In this document: positions 61,401 through 64,000 of the stretch, piece after piece | How the letters are laid out: each line of letters begins with the position of its first letter | Numbering within the stretch: the stretch's first letter is position 1 | Made by a program: the position numbers and the translations under genes | NCBI GenBank assembly: GCA_030141605.1 | Contig: JAQGDQ010000314.1 | Location: forward strand, 1 to 64,000 | Direction of reading: 5' to 3' | From: Tubiluchus corallicola | Taxonomy: Eukaryota; Animalia; Priapulida | DNA length: 64,000 nucleotides | The notes under the pieces: model-generated | Seen by the model: only the letters and a program-made list of their open reading frames with translations | Databases searched by the model: none | Told to the model about the DNA's origin: nothing

Positions 61401-64000
61401 CTGACATTTTTCTAAATGTTAGCAGACCGCCAAAAGCTTTCAAGAATGCAAAGGGTATGATGTCTTGGAAATCAAGCAGCAAAGTATACCAAATTAACAG
61501 TTATATGTGTTTTTTCTGAGTGACTGAGTCGCCGAAAGCAACTGCCAATGAATGAAAGTCACCGATAGCCACATAGAAACCAAAAACTTATGAGATATCT
61601 CATCGATTTTCCGTCATGTTTAATTCTGTGGCCAGTAATTTTGTATAGCTGCATTTTTTACCTTGTATTTTTTATTTTGCTGTGATTCTGTGCGTTTCAT
61701 GTTTTTTAGGTGTGAAATATTTTGCCGCTAACAATATAAAATACTCTATAAAATTAGTACAAGTAATTCCATGTAATCTTTTATCCTTTTTTCTGCTGAA
61801 GATGAAACTACAGTGACAGTTTGCAATGTTGTGATTTTTATCTTCTACTAATTTGGGTTTTTCATTAATTGTTATCGTTCTTGTCATTAAGAATTAAATT
61901 GTGATACCTATGGAACATGTTACGCCACTGTATCCTGGCAAGCACTCACATTCAAATGAAGCAATCTTGTTATTGCACTTTCCGTTATTCTGACATGGGC
62001 TACTTGCACATTCATCAATATCAATTTCACAATGTCTACCACTGTAACCCTGCTTACATTCGCAAGTGTAATTGTTTATCAAGTCTTTGCATGTTCCAGC
62101 ATGTTGACAAATATCCTGCCTGCAGTCATTAATGTTCTGCTCACACAGAACGCCTGTAAATCCAGTCTGACAGACACATCTGTGTTCACTAATATTCAGT
62201 GGAGGCAGATCAATGCATGTTGCATTATTCTGACATCTATTGTCTTGGAGGCAGGCATCAATGTCAGTCTCGCATTGTGGTCCAGTAGACCCAGTTACAC
62301 AAAGGCATATATATCTATTCACCAGGTCAAAACAAGTACCATTATGGCGACATGGTAAAGATGCACATTCATCAATATTTTTGCTGCAGTCTGTCAAAGT
62401 GTAGCCGGGAGCACAACTGCAGCTATAGCTATTCAAGTGATCTGTACATGTTCCGTCATTCTTACAAGGAGCACTATCACATTCGTTGACTTCAGTGGAA
62501 CAGTTCTTGTCAGTGTATCCAGGAACACAAAGACATATGTATTCATTTACTCCATCAGTACAAGTGGCATTGTTTAGACAGGGTTTAGGTAAGCAATCAT
62601 TGATATCAGTTTCACAGTCTTTTCCGGTGTATCCTTCCAGACATGTGCAGTTGTAATAGCCTTGATAATCTACACAGGTTCCACCGTTCTTGCATGGGTA
62701 AGGAACGCAATCATCAACATCATTGTTACAATGATTACCAGTAAATGCATGCGTACATGTGCATTTGTATCCATTCACTCCGTCATGACATGTACCATTG
62801 TTTTTACAGGGACCGGAACTGCATTCATCAGTGTTTGTTTCACACCTCTTCCCTTCAAAACCAGTCTGGCAGTAACACTGATATCGATTTATTTGATTAA
62901 TGCATGATCCACCGTTTAAACAAGGATCAGAGACACATTCATTAATATCTTTATCACACAGTTTTCCTTCATACCCAGGGTCACATTCACAAGTGTAGCC
63001 ATTCACTTTATCTGTACAATTACCAAACTTGCATGGATTCACTGCGCATTCATCAATGTTTATTTCACAATCTTTTCCGGTGTAACCTGCATAACATGTA
63101 CACCAGTAGGCATTCAACAAATCAGTGCATTTACCATTTTGGCAAGGATTTGGGGCGCATTCATCAATATTAGTTTCACATCTTGGTCCTGTAAACCCGC
63201 CGTTACAGTCACATTCGAAGAAATTGATTTTGTCGATACAAATCCCATTTCCATTGCATGGGTTTTGGACACTTTGACATTCATTGATGTCTGTGTTGCA
63301 CACTTTCCCAGTATACCCTGCATCACATTGGCAGTCATACGTGCCAACATTTTTTTGGTTACATGTACCGTGGTCACACGGATTAGGATTACACATGTCT
63401 GTAACAGTCTCACACATTGCTCCAGTGTAACCATGTACACATATGCAGTTATAGGAAAATAAACCATTTATCAAAACATGATTGCACGTTCCATTATTCT
63501 TGCAAGGATTACTATTACACGGAGGTGGTATTTCACAATTATTTCCAGTGTACCCTAGTGTACATGCACAGCTGTACTTTGCTCCGGTATGCTTATTAAT
63601 GCAACTTCCGCCATTTTGACATGGCTGCGAAGTACATCTAGGCTGGATTTCACAATATGTTCCTTCATAGAACTCTAGACAATTACACTTGAAGGCTCCA
63701 GGAGTATTCCCATCTACACATGTTCCACCATTTTGGCATCTGTTCTTACCTTGGCTTATCCAATCACGACATTTATAAACGTTTTGACAGTTAATCCCTT
63801 TGTACCCAGTTTTACACGTGCATTTATATCTTCCGGGTCCAAGTCTTCTACACGTTCCACCATTCAAGCATGGTGAATGTGTGCAAGGGTTGTCAGGGTT
63901 GCTACAATCCTCTCCATACCATCCACGGTGACATACGCATCTATACTGAAATGGCCAAACATTATAGTTTACTATCTGACATACGCCACCTCTTCCAAAA
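55411..64000 (-). CDS. 5'-incomplete single-pass receptor: at least 18 EGF/cbEGF repeats, 4 Ig/Ig-like domains, TM helix, short cytoplasmic tail
   Basis: Exons 61908-64000 (open to the window edge), 59862-60020, 59263-59415, 58667-58915, 57479-57814, 56463-56789, 56059-56190 and 55411-55493 all join at phase-1 GT-AG junctions. cbEGF motifs (DINEC/NIDEC); Ig motifs FKC...KW...LTC and ELICNANANPEPKYTW...DEGVYRCVAEN; TM TLALILVPVIMTCMCCVTVAFFV followed by KRKQRRK; tail IIQSMEEYVSSLERSDLLESSEDRSYE*. Confidence 0.82.
57036..57345. mobile_element. Degraded hAT-Charlie-like MITE
   Basis: Left end CAGTGGCTCCCAAACTTT is typical of Charlie TIRs; the right end (GTGTAACAACTG) is degenerate. Confidence 0.45.
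58235..58481 (-). pseudogene. Candidate decayed Ig-like exon within the receptor gene
   Basis: Bounded by AAATAG| and |GTAAGT, 247 nt. Fragments IKVACISLP and FYNVLAVQRVRILNNKEVSQVTRLKNGLG loosely resemble the neighbouring Ig exons but are broken by stops and a frameshift. Confidence 0.35.
60160..60245. repeat. Degenerate (CCCTAA)n telomere-like tract
   Basis: CCCTAA/CCTAAT variants in an intron. Confidence 0.6.
60297..60585 (-). pseudogene. Candidate decayed Ig exon between the EGF exon and the first Ig exon
   Basis: Strong donor GAAG|GTAAGG. The upstream polypyrimidine tract ends in ACG instead of AG. Fragments SVNVACTTSR and GLIICSASNSVQGNVALVL contain an in-frame stop and a frameshift. 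Confidence 0.4.
60673..60855. repeat. Diverged tandem repeat of about 57 bp, about 3 copies
   Basis: Repeated TA(G/A)AACA(T/A)GG...GTTTGCCTAACAGCA...GACTT.TAC. Confidence 0.75.

Noticed and set aside
61894-63867. Calling the EGF ORF Notch, Delta/Serrate, Crumbs or fibropellin
   Set aside because: Downstream exons encode Ig domains, a TM and a short tail, with no LNR/ANK, LamG, VWC or avidin domain. The ORF-track start is an internal TTG and the stop lies in the intron.
35215-64000. Functional coupling between the fucosyltransferase and the O-fucose sites of the EGF receptor
   Set aside because: EGF O-fucosylation is done by POFUT1 (GT65); this enzyme is a GT10 alpha-1,3-FucT, and proximity across ISY1 is not evidence.

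Overview
AT-rich, intron-rich genomic DNA from an invertebrate animal; the species cannot be determined from the sequence. Five host genes were reconstructed by hand using GT-AG junctions with matching phases. (1) An ataxin-7/SCA7-domain gene on the minus strand, 13 coding exons, 941-21103, about 966 aa. (2) THOC7 on the plus strand, 8 exons, 22336-32748, 198 aa, head-to-head with ATXN7 across about 1.2 kb, the same arrangement as in human. (3) A GT10 alpha-1,3-fucosyltransferase with an uninterrupted CDS, minus strand, 35215-36453. (4) ISY1 on the plus strand, 9 coding exons, 43060-50632, 279 aa. (5) The 3' part of an unnamed single-pass receptor on the minus strand (55411 to beyond 64000): at least 18 Notch-like EGF repeats in one exon, four Ig/Ig-like domains, a TM helix and a short tail. 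Apparently decayed Ig exons lie between its exons and duplicated 3' exon cassettes follow it. Introns and intergenic DNA are rich in transposons: a young, internally deleted BEL/Pao LTR element with 654-bp LTRs and a CCAAG TSD, a solo LTR, Tc1/pogo and hAT MITEs (often nested), LINE relics and minisatellites. No CRISPR array, rRNA or intact tRNA was seen. Most short ORFs in the track are spurious. All calls are by eye, with no database search.
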